From: Squalus acanthias
Taxonomy: Eukaryota
Direction: 5' to 3'
Length of the DNA: 64,000 bases
Assembly: GCA_030390025.1 (NCBI GenBank)
Contig: CM059429.1
Span: forward strand, 156,116,001-156,180,000
Part shown: positions 38,041-50,974 of the stretch, piece after piece
Layout of the letters: each line of letters starts with the position of its first letter
Position numbering within the stretch: the stretch's first letter is position 1
Translations under genes and position numbers: made by a program
Notes under the pieces: model-generated
What the model was told of the DNA's origin: nothing
Databases searched by the model: none
The model's input: the letters and a program-made list of their open reading frames with translations, nothing else

Positions 38041-39549
38041 CCAGTCTACACAATTTCAAATCTGTCTCATATAGTTACTTATAGGTGAAGTTATTAAGTC
38101 CCATGTATATATTCAATTCAAAGAATGTCCAATCTTGCCCAATGTTTTAATAGTGAACCATCTTAACTTTTATTTATTGCAGTGTCTAGCAACAATAACT
38201 TGCATTTATAGAGAAACTATAAAAATGACGCAATAAAAATCTTTGCTTTTGGCTACTTAACATACTTGTCTGGTAAAAAAAGTGAGTAATTTATATGTTG
38301 AGGGAAATTAATTACAAGTCAGTATCCTTGAAGTATTTTACAGAACCACAATTACTCTGTCTTTGGTTTTAAATCTGCCCCTGTTGAGTTTTTGTATTCT
38401 CAAATAACCAACAACAAAATGCAGCTTAAAACTCAAAAGGAGAAATGGAAAAGAAAGAGGCTGTGATTGACAAAACTATGTGCTGCTCCAATGACACATA
38501 TCGCAAAATAGCCAAGCACAATGGATTGCACCCGTTTCAATGAAATGTCAGACTGCAGGAACTAAAAGGAGGTCTTTAGGTTACTCTAAGTATAAAATCC
38601 TTAAAGATTAAGGGCTTTTGGACACATCATGTAAGAGATGTACTTTACACTGAAAATAATTCGACCCCCCCACCCCCCTTTCCTGATGTGTGTGTGGGGA
38701 TAACAAGGTTAGCCCAAGCCACCTTTGCACAACTTCCACTGGCTGGTTATAGTGTGTCATCACCACTGGCAGGTTGCACTCCATCTCAAATTACATCATG
38801 TGCATACAGGGTGGGTTTAAATCAGGTGAAAGCTGGGTAGTTCCCCATAAAAATAGTAGGCAAACCACCTGCGGTGTCTCACGTGTAACACACCCCAACT
38901 ATATTGACTTTCAGCTCTCATCCTTTCCTTGAAGCCATTAATCAAAAAAAAATTGTTGTAGCCATTTGAAAATCTCCAAAATCAGTGAAAGAATTTGGAC
39001 CACTAGATCCTTAAATTTGAGAAACTCTCTCAGGTGATCAAGATCCTACTGAAAACTTTAATCTTGATTTAACGAGTATGAAATGTGATTTATTCCATAT
39101 TTTACTCTGAAATGCAGATGGTACAATTACAGTTTTAGAAACTAATTAAAAAGCTCCTGTACTGTACTCCAAAATATCAATGTGAATAATGAGCAATTAT
39201 AACACTTAGCGTGCAGAGATTCCTGCAGTTAGCAAAAGGTCATTCACTCAATTATATGAAACTGGGAGGGGCAAGCTGTTTCAGTATTCAATTTCCTTTA
39301 CAGCCCAGAATAATTTTTTCTCTGCATAAAAAGAATCTGCATGTCTGAAAATTTGAATGAGTTGAAGAGTAAAATATTCAATTTTAAATAAAAGTTTGAT
39401 ATGCATGGGTTTTCACAGTACTAAAGGGATTAGTGAATAGTCATGAAAATTATTTTGATGGTTCAAGAACTATAATCACACAGTACCGACATTCTTTATG
39501 TACGATAAAGAAACAAGGACACACATTACAGTCAATTTTAAAATGGAGC

Positions 39550-40850
39550 TTTTAATTTTTTACCTGTACATGTAGTTCAAGGATGCATGTGACAACCAGT
39601 TCTTAACACTGGTCATACCATATATATTTATATATACTTTATATTTATAACAATGAAATACTTCCACAAACAAATGAAACCAAATTTGAGCCTCAGTTGT
39701 TTTGTGCACTACCCAAATGCCTCATGAGAAGCAAACACTACTTATACTGCTTGTATTAGGAAACAGTGATGTTGCAGAGAATAAAAAAACCTGAAACGAT
39801 ATTACTATTTTTAAACTGAACATAAGCATTCTAGCATGAATTTTACCTCATACTTACAGCACCTGATGGTGACATGTAACTGAGCCACAGAATTTATCGA
39901 ATTTTGTCTCTCATTTCTAAGTAAAAGCTCCATTGTTTGTTAATTTGTATAAATACAATGCACTAAAAGATTACAATTTGTAAACACTGTAGTTAATTGT
40001 AGGATAGTATTTCTATACATTCTTTCTTGTCAAGAATTGTTTGTTCAAATGACCATTTTCCACAGTAATGAAAATGCAGAAGCAAACTTGTGAAGGGGGT
40101 ACGACACAAAATACATTTGTTTTTGTTGCACTAAAAGGTGTTTTATGCCATTTCTTATAAATCATAGTACAGTAGGTGCGACATTTTATTTCAAACTAGC
40201 TCAGCAGAGCCATAATATACTGAGGAACATTCATTGAGAATTATCACAAAAACACTTTGAATTAAGCGCATCAATAACCCCTTCAAAAAGCACCTCTACC
40301 TTTCACAGAATGGCTATGACTTGCATCATTTTTAATACTGGACATAGTGACATGTTTGTTCAATATAAACGGACGCTGAATTAAAAAAGCTTTTGAAGGA
40401 GGACATACTGAAGAGTTAATACCACATGCAGCATTCCTTGATAGTGGGTCGTTTTGCAAGACAAAAGCATGCAGGCATTTAAAATTAATATTTAAAAATG
40501 GAAACATTGGTTTGGCTTAATTTTATAGGGTTGATTTTAAAAACTAGTACAGTGGTGTTTTCCACAGGTGCAGAAATAAACTGGGGGCAGCAAAAGCCAC
40601 AAAAGGACCCACTATCCTTTTTAAATTTTTTTTAATAGACTTAAACTAAAAATATCTAGGACTATACGCAACTAAAGTAAAATGAGGTAAAACTGCTCTG
40701 CAGTGTTCTTCTAGTCAGTAGGCAGTTGATGATCATGCAGAAGTCACATGATCAAGGCTGCATCTCCCATCATCCCTCTGGCAGTGATATGGGATAGTGG
40801 GTCTCTTTGAGGACTTTCAAGCCTGAGTGGGGGATGGGCAACATATGATC
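39550..40850 (-). other. ITSN1: ITSN1 short-isoform (ITSN1-S) alternative terminal exon and 3'UTR; 3' end uncertain
   Basis: ctttttctag acceptor at 40851 followed by GA, which joins the terminal T of the SH3E exon to make TGA. Repeat-free sequence follows; candidate polyA hexamers AATAAA 40185-40190 and ATTAAA 39551-39556. Fits the known ITSN1-S/-L architecture. Confidence 0.85.
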
Positions 40851-41107
40851 CTAGAAAAAGGAGGAAAACACAACACATAAGCAAACAAAACATGTGCAAA
40901 TTCAAGCTAGGAAATGAGTCGGGCATGTACAGCGTGATGCAAATGATAAAAACGTACATGCTATAAAAAGGGATGGGAACTGAAAGGAATTGCTTTACAG
41001 AAGGTCTTCAAAGAGACTATTAAATGCAGCAGCATAGCAGAACCACAGCAATGCTGCATGTTTTCATACTGACTAGACAATAAACAAACTTTTTATAAGC
41101 CACTTAC

Positions 41108-41299
41108 ATTGCTGGCTTGGGTCCATATCTGTTGTTAGCTTCACGTAGTTGGATGGGAAGAGACCCATGACTCCATTGAGCTCCCCTTTCCACCAATCTG
41201 GATCGTCCTTGTTAAGAACACCAATGATCTGTCCTTTGGCAAACGCAAGTTCATCATCATTCTGTGCAATGTAGTCATACATACCAATCACCTGGAACA
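41108..41299 (-). CDS. ITSN1: ITSN1 exon, SH3E domain
   Basis: [19 protein letters not shown]...[17 protein letters not shown]; 192 nt; ends T|gtaagt. Confidence 0.97.
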
Positions 41300-44200
41300 C
41301 TGTCAAAATAGAAACAGAAATTGGTACCGCAATAGATGTTTCATAATTCCAACACAAACTCTCTGAAGATAGTAGCTTAGCATTGAGAGAAATACATTTC
41401 CTTCTAGGTTTGGTGGCAAGGCAACCTTGGTGAAGCAGGCAATTGAGATTTTTGGGGGTGACTACATGGACTGCAGTGTTTTCTGGTCCTATGCTTTGCT
41501 ATGTTTCTAACCTAAGAGCTGGAATATAGTTACTAAGCTTGTGACCTCAAACTGAAATTTGATAATTAAACAACATTATTTTGCTTTGACTAAACTAGCC
41601 TGATTGAAAGTTGCAATTATAACTAAAACATCACTTGGAAGCAATATAGGAGGCTAGCCATGTTCTCTTTTAAAAAAAAACTTAAGTTTAACAAGCCAGT
41701 TGTATGATACATAGAAAGTAGTTGCATTATCAATTCCTGTGCATTGGTACAATTCAACAGACAGATCACTGCATGAATACCAAATGTGCACAAGTGGCAG
41801 TTTAGGAATAAATATTTTATTTCTGGGGGGGAAAAAGTGTAAAATGTTTCACCTCTCCTGCAGTTCCAACATCCACATGATCTCTGGCTGGAAATACCAG
41901 ATTGTTGAATCCACCATACTTATTCCAGAAGGTAATTTTTTGGCTGACCTCCCAGAAGACCCGCTTTTAGTGACGGGACAATTATCTCTGCTGTAGAGTT
42001 TCACCTCCATCCCCAGAATAAAGTGGATGCTTGCAAAGCTTGCACTCTCTGGGACATGTGTACACAAATGTCTGTCTAGAGTGGATCTAGACTGCGCTCT
42101 TGGTTCGAAGTCTATAGTTGCATTGCAACAGCAGAGCCGTGTAAATGCATCAAAAAAAAACCCTGAAGGTACTGGAGTAAAATTCTCAATCTACACAAAA
42201 GGAAAGCCTCCTCCACACACACTTCGGTTTTGGGCCAAAATGATAAATGTCTCAAATAACATTTTTGAAACCAAACAATCTGATCGCTTTTGCAATGGAA
42301 AATAATTTACTGCAAACACACAACAGATTGGAGATGGGGAGTGGAATCCACTGCTGATGACATTCCTTTCCTTTGGGGATTTATTTCTTTACAAGCCTAC
42401 AGACTTCGAGGGAATATGTGAGAAATTACATAAAGGCAGCTAAAGGTCAAAGGATGAAGCAACTTACACAACAAACCAGGATGAGATCACTAAATTCTTA
42501 GTAGAGTAGGGAAAAAAATGATGAAGACCAGAGCAAGTATTTCTGAGTTCAAGTAAATGTACAGAAGATAGAGCACTTTAAGGATCCCAATACAACTCAA
42601 ATTAAAAACTATTGGCATCATAGGGGTATCACGGTATAAGTCATCATCAAACACCCATTACTAACGACTGTGTTTCACCTTCAAACTGTAAAAGTTGTAT
42701 CGGCTGCCTGTCAGCCAACCGTAGTAGCATTTGCATGGATGAAGTAACAATGATATCTGCTTGCACCTTTACTGAAAAGTATGTCATTAAAAATAGAATC
42801 AATGTGGATCGCAACAGTTTCTTTACTCTCTTTCCCCCCCACCCCCAAGGCAGTGACTTCCACTCGGGTACATTCACAGTACCAGTGGCTCCCCAACGTC
42901 TTGCCAAAGCAACCATTCTTAGCGTATGAGCTGAGGCAGTCAACAGGCTACTTGACTATGGAGGGAAGCTGCAATCTAAGCTAATTGCCTCCTTGGAATT
43001 ACACCCAACAGGAGGAGCAGCTGAATAACAAAGAATAGGAGCTCTGGCTTATAGTCCTCTTTCTTCCCAGAAAAATTCAGGTCAAATGAATGCCCTCACA
43101 GCATTCCTGGCTAAGGTCAGAAAACTCTGCACAGACCAGGCATTGAACCTGGGATCTTCTTAGAGTGTCCAGCTCGTTACCACATCATGTAATGCATTCA
43201 CCCAAAGCAGCAGCCTTCTTCCTAATTGTTTATTTGAAACAAGGTAATGATGGGGACAGTTTTAAGGTCACAACAGACACTGGACAGTTCACTGAAAAAT
43301 ATAGTTCCTTGACGAGCATCAGAAGCTGATGGCAAAGCTACTCCAAATATCTCTATTTGTTGCGGTCAACCAAAAGTAAGAGTGAAATGTTGCATGGACT
43401 TGCCCTGTGGACTGCAATCGCCTTTTCTGGCTTGCAGCTTCTTGCATCACTAGGTATCTGCATGCACTGTGGGAGAAATTGAGCCAGTGTGTGTGGCTGG
43501 CAATTTATGCAAATTAGTCACGAAATACAAAATTTCACAAGAACAGGAAAGTCTTGTGTTTTTATGTCAAGAAAGATAGTTAGGGCTTAATGTGTGGAGT
43601 GCCAAGGTTGAAGCAATGATTAAGTGGGTTTGGGGTTTTAAAAGCCTGTAGAGGAACAGCAGACCAACGGAAAATCAGGAATTCAATGGTTTTGGGATCC
43701 TTGCAAAGAATGAATTGGAGTAGGCTGTACAATTCCTTTCTTCTCTAATTTGAAATACAACTGAAAGCCCAAATACAGATAGAGGTGTGTCTGTATAAAA
43801 ATGATTAAAGGATACTCTTTCCAAAATGTACACCAAACCAGTCATAACTCTGAGCTAACTTCTTGAAATCTTCCTGGTACTGAAATTCTACAGTATAAAA
43901 ACCACAGAAAGCTTCAGTAGTCTAGGCATGAACTTAAATTGGCATTGAAACGTTTTACTACTCAGATGTTCTCAAAGACTGAATATTGGGGATGCACTGC
44001 ATCTTAATGTGGCATTCACTGGTGACAGAAACATTACTACTGCTCTCCTGCCAGAGGTTTTTTTGGGTGCGGAAAAAGAGGGGGGGGAAAAAAGTATAAT
44101 TCAATTAATTAAAAAAAAAATCAGCCCAACATTCATGCTACCCTGACAAAGCTGCCATGTTAGGTGTTGGGGGGGCTGAGCAGACATACTTGTTTTGCCA

Positions 44201-45126
44201 CCCTATAGTTATCTTATGGGAGCGTGTAGCTCCCCAACACATCGGTCAGGTTGACTAGGAATTAATGCACTAATTTAACCATATTTAAGTAGTGTCCTCA
44301 AATAACTAATTTGCATATACAGTCTCCACCACTTACACTGTGCCCGCTTATGCTGGAGGGCCGCCTATAATTGGGGAAATGGCATTAACCATATTCAGAT
44401 GTCAAATACAAATGCGCCGCTTAAACCAAATGCCGCACGCCAACTATTTTGGGTAGTTCAAACAGGAATAGCAGCTCCACCGTCTCCAGCCTCCCAGGAC
44501 CCATAGAACTCCTGTGAACCCTTCTTGCTGGCTTTTTGAGTTCCTCGTCGTTGTGAGGATCCAGGCCCCGATGCTGGATTCAGGACTCCAACCCCGGCCC
44601 TGACTGCCCCCCCCGACCCGGTAGTGGATAGTCTGCTAATAAAAATCATCTAGGCACCCATATAATAATGGCCAATTAAGCTAGTACCATAGGGCTGTCA
44701 ATGCAATGGTGTATGGTAATCTAAGGATGAATCAGGAGGAAAAAAAACTGCAAAAACAAAATGCAAAGCTAGTGAATCTATTCGAATAGATAGATAGAGC
44801 TGGATAGAGTAGTGTAAATGCTGGGAGCCAACACATCTCCAGAATCTAACCTAAACACCTCTATAAAAAGTGTTTATGTACCAAGTGGGTGATTTAGAGG
44901 CCATTTGTAAGGATATGGGAACAGATCACCTGCCGATCACCTTTTGTAAATATTGCCAGATAACTGGGGACCTTAGAGGCCAAAGATTACTCATCAGAGG
45001 GAAAGAAAAAAAATGGTTGAAGAATGTAGTGAAATAAAACAGCTAGAAATGCCAACCAGCAAACCTCACTCTGTGGTGCCCGTTGATAAAAAAAAATTGC
45101 TTGCATAATTAATGAGACAAACTTAC

Positions 45127-45247
45127 AGACATTTGTTGTTACGGGGGGTTTCGCAGCATCAGTTGGGGTACTTTTACTTGTTCCAGGGCTCAGAAGTTTC
45201 ACATAATTGGCAGGAAACCATCCGATTTGTCGCTTCTTCCCTCGAGC
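45127..45247 (-). CDS. ITSN1: ITSN1 exon, SH3D C-half and linker
   Basis: [25 protein letters not shown]...; 121 nt; gcag/gtaagt boundaries. Confidence 0.95.
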
Positions 45248-46129
45248 CTGCAACAACAAAAGAAAAAAAAGTGAATTCAGCAGTACCAAAAACCTCCAAA
45301 TAAAATACTGGCATATAATTAGAAATGAAGACATAAACCAAACAGATGAAAAAAATAAGCAATCAGCAGGATATTAATCTGAGCTGGATTTGAACCTAGA
45401 AGTTAAAAAAGTAATGTCCGACGCCACCCACTACCCAAAGACCTTTTAAGTTTGTTATTTTTCTGTAAGTAGAAATCCAATATATTCCACTGACACATCT
45501 ACTTAACTAGATTTCTAGATTCTCATTTGAATGGTACCTACGCATTTTTCACTACAAAGCCAACACACACACACAGGAGTGCTCACGTCACCCTCCATAG
45601 GTGAGAGCTTCACTCCTCGCCATGGTGGAGACTTTAACTCAAGCTGCTATTACAACAGCACAGTAAGGACATGCTCTGTACAGCATTAAGGGGGAAAGAG
45701 ACCGATTGGAGCCTTTAACGCATCTGTCAATTCATTTAAATTGCTGTACAAGTTACATACAACAACAACAACTTGTATTTATATAGCGCCTTTAATGTAG
45801 CAAAACGTCCCAAGGCGCTGCACAGGAGTATTTTAAGACAAAATTTGACACCGATCCACATAAGGATAAATTAGGGCAGGTGACCAAAAGCTTGGTCAAA
45901 GAGGTAGGTTTTAAGGAGCGTCTTAAAGGAGGATACTGCATACTGCAATTATAACAGAAACTGTATCCAATTGGTCAAGACATCCAAACCACAAGCATCT
46001 CAATTCAAGTAACACCAGATTCATGGTTGGCAATAGTTGCAATAAATATCAGATCTCCCCCAATAAGTGACCTTAAATCATTTAAGCCAGTGAAGCAAAT
46101 TTAACAGCAGAATGAATACAGCTACCTAC

Positions 46130-46251
46130 CTGAAGCTCTCCTTCCCACCATCCACCAGCATTTCTCTTGCGAATGAGAATGAGCTGGCCGGGTGCTAGTG
46201 TAAGTTGTTCGGCACCTGTTGCCGTATAAGGAGCTATCACTTGAGCAATTT
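46130..46251 (-). CDS. ITSN1: ITSN1 exon, SH3D N-half
   Basis: [41 protein letters not shown]; 122 nt; cag/gtaggt boundaries. Confidence 0.96.
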
Positions 46252-46751
46252 CTGTAAAAGGCGGATGACATTGAGACATTAATTACTAGGGGTGCATCAA
46301 ATCAATTCTGGGGGGGGGTAAAAAAAACATTTCCAGAGAGAGTTCTTCCCTCAAGGAAAGTGTTTAAGAGAAGGGAGAATCAGTCATCTTTTCTGGCCGG
46401 AAATGAAATACATTTTATGAGTTTTTACAAGTCAGAGAGAAGTCATACATCCATAGTAGAGGACCTCAGTCCTAGTTTTTGGAGACTTCAATTCATGCTG
46501 CTTTTATACTGCTGTGCCATCATGTTAGTGCTGTTAACTCCCAATATGCAGGTCTCACGCAGCCACTGGAAACAAAGTAAACTTGCCAGATTCACCGAGG
46601 CCAGCAGCTGGGAAGGCCCCCAGCAAAAAAAAAAAGGGTCTTTCCAGGGTTTGACCGTAGCATATCCAACATACTTTGGTGTTGCGGCCAGCTGCTCGAG
46701 ACCAGCTCATCAGGAATTAGCAGCACCAACAATGCATTACAATAGAATACA

Positions 46752-47150
46752 GTGTCAGCTGTGGCTCAGTGGGTAGCACTCTCGCCTCCGAGTCAGAAGG
46801 TTGTGGGTTCAAGTCCCACTCCAGAGACTTGAAAACAAAAATCTAGGCTGACACTCCAGTGCAGCGCTGCACTGTCGGAGGTCCCGTCTTTCGGATGAGA
46901 CGTTAAACCGAGGCCCCACCTGCTCTCTCAGGTGGACGTAAAAGATCCCATGGCACTATTTCGAAGAAGAGCGGGAGAGTTAACCCCAGCCAACATTGCT
47001 GTTTGTGGGAGCTTGCTGTGCGCAAATTGGCTGCTGCGTTTCCTACATTATAAACAGTGACTACACTTCAAAAGTACTTCATTGTCTGTAAAGCGCTTTG
47101 GGATGTCCTGAGGCCGTGAAAGGTGCTATATAAATGCAAGTGTCTCTTCT
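46752..47150 (+). mobile_element. SacSINE1-like SINE
   Basis: Head and tail match the other copies; internal deletions. Confidence 0.85.
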
Positions 47151-47569
47151 AAAAAAAGCAGCTCAAGTTAAAGCATACTCAAGCACATTCCTTACAGACT
47201 CTATCCGTTTCTCTTCCCACCACCCACTCCAAGTCTCCCGAGGGAAAATTGTGCTCCTAATCCCTAAAAGCCATCAAGCAAAACTTGAGAAAAAATTAGA
47301 AATGAAAGAAAAAGTGGCAGAGAGGAAGTATAAAATTGAAGTATTTTTTCCTCACAATAACTAGGTCCGTCAATCAACAGGGAGAGTGCATGCCACGATA
47401 GCAAAGAGATGAGATCGGTCATCGGGCTGGGTATCTGGTCAGAGGATTCAGTCATATAGACAAACAGCACAAGTACAATGGCATCGAGAGTTGAGCCCAT
47501 GGGGCAACAGGTGGGCAGGGATTCACATGACAATGCAAAAGAAAACTCTTCAGGTCCAAGTGCCAAACA

Positions 47570-48790
47570 CTTTTTGGGAACATAGGAATTGCTAGATGAA
47601 AAAAGACCAAGGTCCATCTAGTTGGCCTTCTACCATCTGGTAGTCTCATATCACAACAACAATGGAGTTGTTGACTAATCATGATAATCAATCTCTATCA
47701 ATTCGTCTGCAACAGACACAGACATGAGGCAAAGAATCCTGCAGTGGTGGAAAGCTTTGGGAACCATAGACCCAAAGTCACTTGTCCCTCCCAAGCATGC
47801 TACGCTTACCATATGTCAGGTCTCAAATTACTCTCATACTATATCCCAAAATATTTTCTGAAAGAAATTATCTAATTTTGCATTGGAATGAATCAATACC
47901 AGCCGCTTCCATCATCTCTCTTGGGGGCCTGCTCCCAGATTTACTGTTCACTCACTGTAATAATGTTTGCACAGATTAGTTTTGAATTTACCTTCCCGCC
48001 CCCTTCAAGCCCATGCTGTGTCCTCTGGTTCTACTGTTCTGCACAAGGTGAAACAGCTTGCTGTGGTCTACATTACCTGGTCCCTTTAGAATCCTAAAAA
48101 CAGCAATCATTTCTTTACCTTAAGGTTGCACAGCTGTTCTGCAACCATGCAGGTACTAATGTGAATAGTGTCACAACTCACCTCTGCAGCACCCTCTAAT
48201 TCCCTTTCCAGATCAAATAAGTTACCCATCTCCTCCTTGGTAAAGACTGGGGCAAAAAAAATGAATTTAGCACTTTGCAGCCTGTTATCATCAGTTGTCA
48301 CGTTACCTCACCCGATCCCATTGTCAGTGGCCCCACTTTATCCCTCGTTTTTCTTTTTCTCAATAACTAAAAAATATTATCCTTCACTTCCCATTATATT
48401 CAATTCAAATTTTTGTTTTGCCATTTAATGCCGTTTTTACACTCCAGGCATACCTTTTGCTATTGAATCTGTCTCAAATCTGTGCCATTTTCCTTCATGT
48501 CTTTAAAAGCATTTTCCTTCATTACGAGTTGCTTGGTACTCCTGTTTAGCCAGGCAAAAATGTATTTAAGCTTGGTACCTTTACTTTGCATGGGTACACA
48601 TTGGTCCATTGCATTCAAACGCACCTCCTCCACTCTCCTAGCCATAATTAAACCTTCTCGACCCACTCTGACAAGACTGTCCACCCAGAAAGTTGGTCCT
48701 CAAGTTTGGCAACTTTATTTGGGTTTTAGTAACCGCTCCAATTTTTGCAATGTGAAATGTAATCACATTATGATCATGGGTTCTTAAAGA
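47570..48790 (-). mobile_element. Degraded CR1-like LINE pieces
   Basis: AKFIFFAPVFTKEE (LNxFFASVFTKE-like) and a CR1-type 3' tail near 47.6 kb. Confidence 0.55.
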
Positions 48791-49059
48791 CTCACCTACC
48801 TTTGTGTTGCAGATTTGATTGAATAATCAAATCCAGGATGTTTTCTCCCAAAACAGCCCTCATGAAACAGGGTCTAGAAATTTAGGGTTGCTTGCTAGAC
48901 TTCAGAAATGAGATGGAGTAGAAATGCCAGTGGTTGGAGTAAAGGGAGAAGAAGAAGAAGAAAGTACTGACCTCCCAAGTAACAGTTAAAGCTCGTACAA
49001 ATAGTACATTAAAAAAAATGAATCACCCAAGCAGATAGCAGGTCATGAGGATCATGTAG

Positions 49060-49765
49060 TGGAAGCCTGGAATGGCTTCTGAGCCAGAAAGTTGTGGATC
49101 CAAGCCTCACTGTAGGATTTCAGCACATAATCTAGGCCGACACTTCAGCGCAGTGCTGCATTGTTGGAGATGCTGTCTTTCGGGTGAGACATTAAACAGA
49201 GGTCTGCCTATTCAGGTGGACGCAAAAGATACCATGGTACTATTTGAAGAGCAGCAGAGGAGATCTCCTGACAGACATTAATCCCTCAACACCACTAAAA
49301 AGAGACGATCTGGACATCTCTCTCATTGCTGCTTGTGGGACCTTGCTGTGCGCAAATTGGCTGCCATGTTTACCTACATCAGTTGGTAGGATTCCTACCA
49401 CAGTCATAAGATTGAGAGTTGAAACTCCACTCTAGAACTTCAACACAATTTAGTCCGATACTTGTGCAATACTGAGAGCACGCTACATTGTCAGAAGTGA
49501 CGTTTTTCCAGATAAGCTGGAATGAACAGGCAGACAGGGCCTTGGTAAATGACACTACTTAAAGAGGAGCTCATATCTCTCACCAAGATTTCTCCCGCAA
49601 AAAACAACAACTGGTCAGTAATCTCATTTGCGGTTTGTGTAATCTCAGTGTGTGCAAATTGACAGTTTTAGTTACCCTACACAACAGTGACTACACTTCA
49701 GAAGTAAATCATTGGCTGCAAAGCACGGAGATGTCCTGTGGACATGAAAGGCGCTATAGAAATGT
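49060..49765 (+). mobile_element. Two tandem degraded SacSINE1-like SINEs
   Basis: gtgcgcaaattggctgcc core; aaggcgctatagaaatg tail. Confidence 0.65.
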
Positions 49766-49893
49766 CAGCTCGCTCTTTGATGTTCTGGTCATCCAAAAGG
49801 TAAACCTCAAACTTGAGATGTTTTCTCCAAAGAAAATTCTTGGAAAGTTTAAAAATTGGAATAGATATACAAACAGGCAGATCAAAGACTTAC

Positions 49894-49939
49894 CAGGCTT
49901 CCTTCCAAGGCTTCCACTCTTCCCCATTTGTCCAGGTCC
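49894..49939 (-). CDS. ITSN1: ITSN1 exon, SH3C-SH3D linker (GPGQMGKSGSLGRKP)
   Basis: 46 nt, atacag acceptor, gtaagt donor; homologous to GSGTAGKTGSLGKKP. Confidence 0.92.
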
Positions 49940-50807
49940 CTGTATTAAAGGCACAGTTTTTAAATGATCACAAGAAGTGGCTGATTAAATACACAGGACC
50001 TCCAAACTATTAGTAGAAGCATTTATTAATTTTACTCCACTAGCAAAGATGACAGCAAAACTCACAATAATGAAGTGAGACATACCAGTTTACTTCATAA
50101 GTGGAATAAAACGGTTAGGAAATACTACGTTGTCCACTTTATCTCAAAATATTTAATATGAATTCAGATTGCACATTTTTCTATTGGATTCTGACTATTG
50201 ATGGCTGAGGTAATGATGCTTATTCAAATGAGTGTATGTGAGATAACATGAATGAGAACCAAAAAAATAAACAGTTCCCACTTGTATTACAATTGCCTAG
50301 AATATATTCCAAGGTAGCAAGGCAGGAAAGTTCAAATGTTATCAAAGCCCTGACATGTGAGCTCTTTGAAATATAGTCCAGGAAGTCAATTCTTTCTAAT
50401 ATGAAACTTGGGTGGAGAGTAAAATTCCTCCAGTCAACAATCCAGTTTTGTACTCATGTTAAAATTAAACAAAAGGAATTTAATCCCTTTAGTGATTTAA
50501 CATTTTCGGTTACCAAAAAGTCTTCAGGCATGGAAAATAGGTTCCTGTGTGGACACCATGTGATTTGATGAGCAATGATATTGCACCACGTGATTTAACA
50601 AGTAGGAACATCAGGATTTATTTAACTGAATGGTACAAGAGAATATAATAGTTGCACTACAAATTTTTGTCAGTTTATCCAGAACAAAGAAATACTAAAA
50701 CTTTGAGAACACTGCAATGAATACGGGGAGGTTTTTTTTTGGGGTGGTGGGAGAAACTGGGGAGAGAAGGGAAGGGAATGGAAGAGAAGACAGCATAGAT
50801 AATTCAC

Positions 50808-50974
50808 CTCAGAGTCCTTCGGTCTGACATAGTTGGATGGAAAGACGCCCACTTTTTCTCCGACAACACCTGTCCACCAATCGCCATCTTTCTTCGTCAC
50901 AAGAATCACATCTCCTTGCTGGTAAGTTAAATCTCCTGGTTCATTACTTTCATACGTGTACATGGCAACAAATT
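50808..50974 (-). CDS. ITSN1: ITSN1 exon, SH3C domain
   Basis: [21 protein letters not shown]...WWTG...[12 protein letters not shown]; tttacag acceptor, gtgaat donor; 167 nt. Confidence 0.96.

Noticed and set aside
40744-40959. ORF over the short terminal exon as coding sequence
   Set aside because: Splicing creates TGA at the first two exon bases, so the sequence is 3'UTR.
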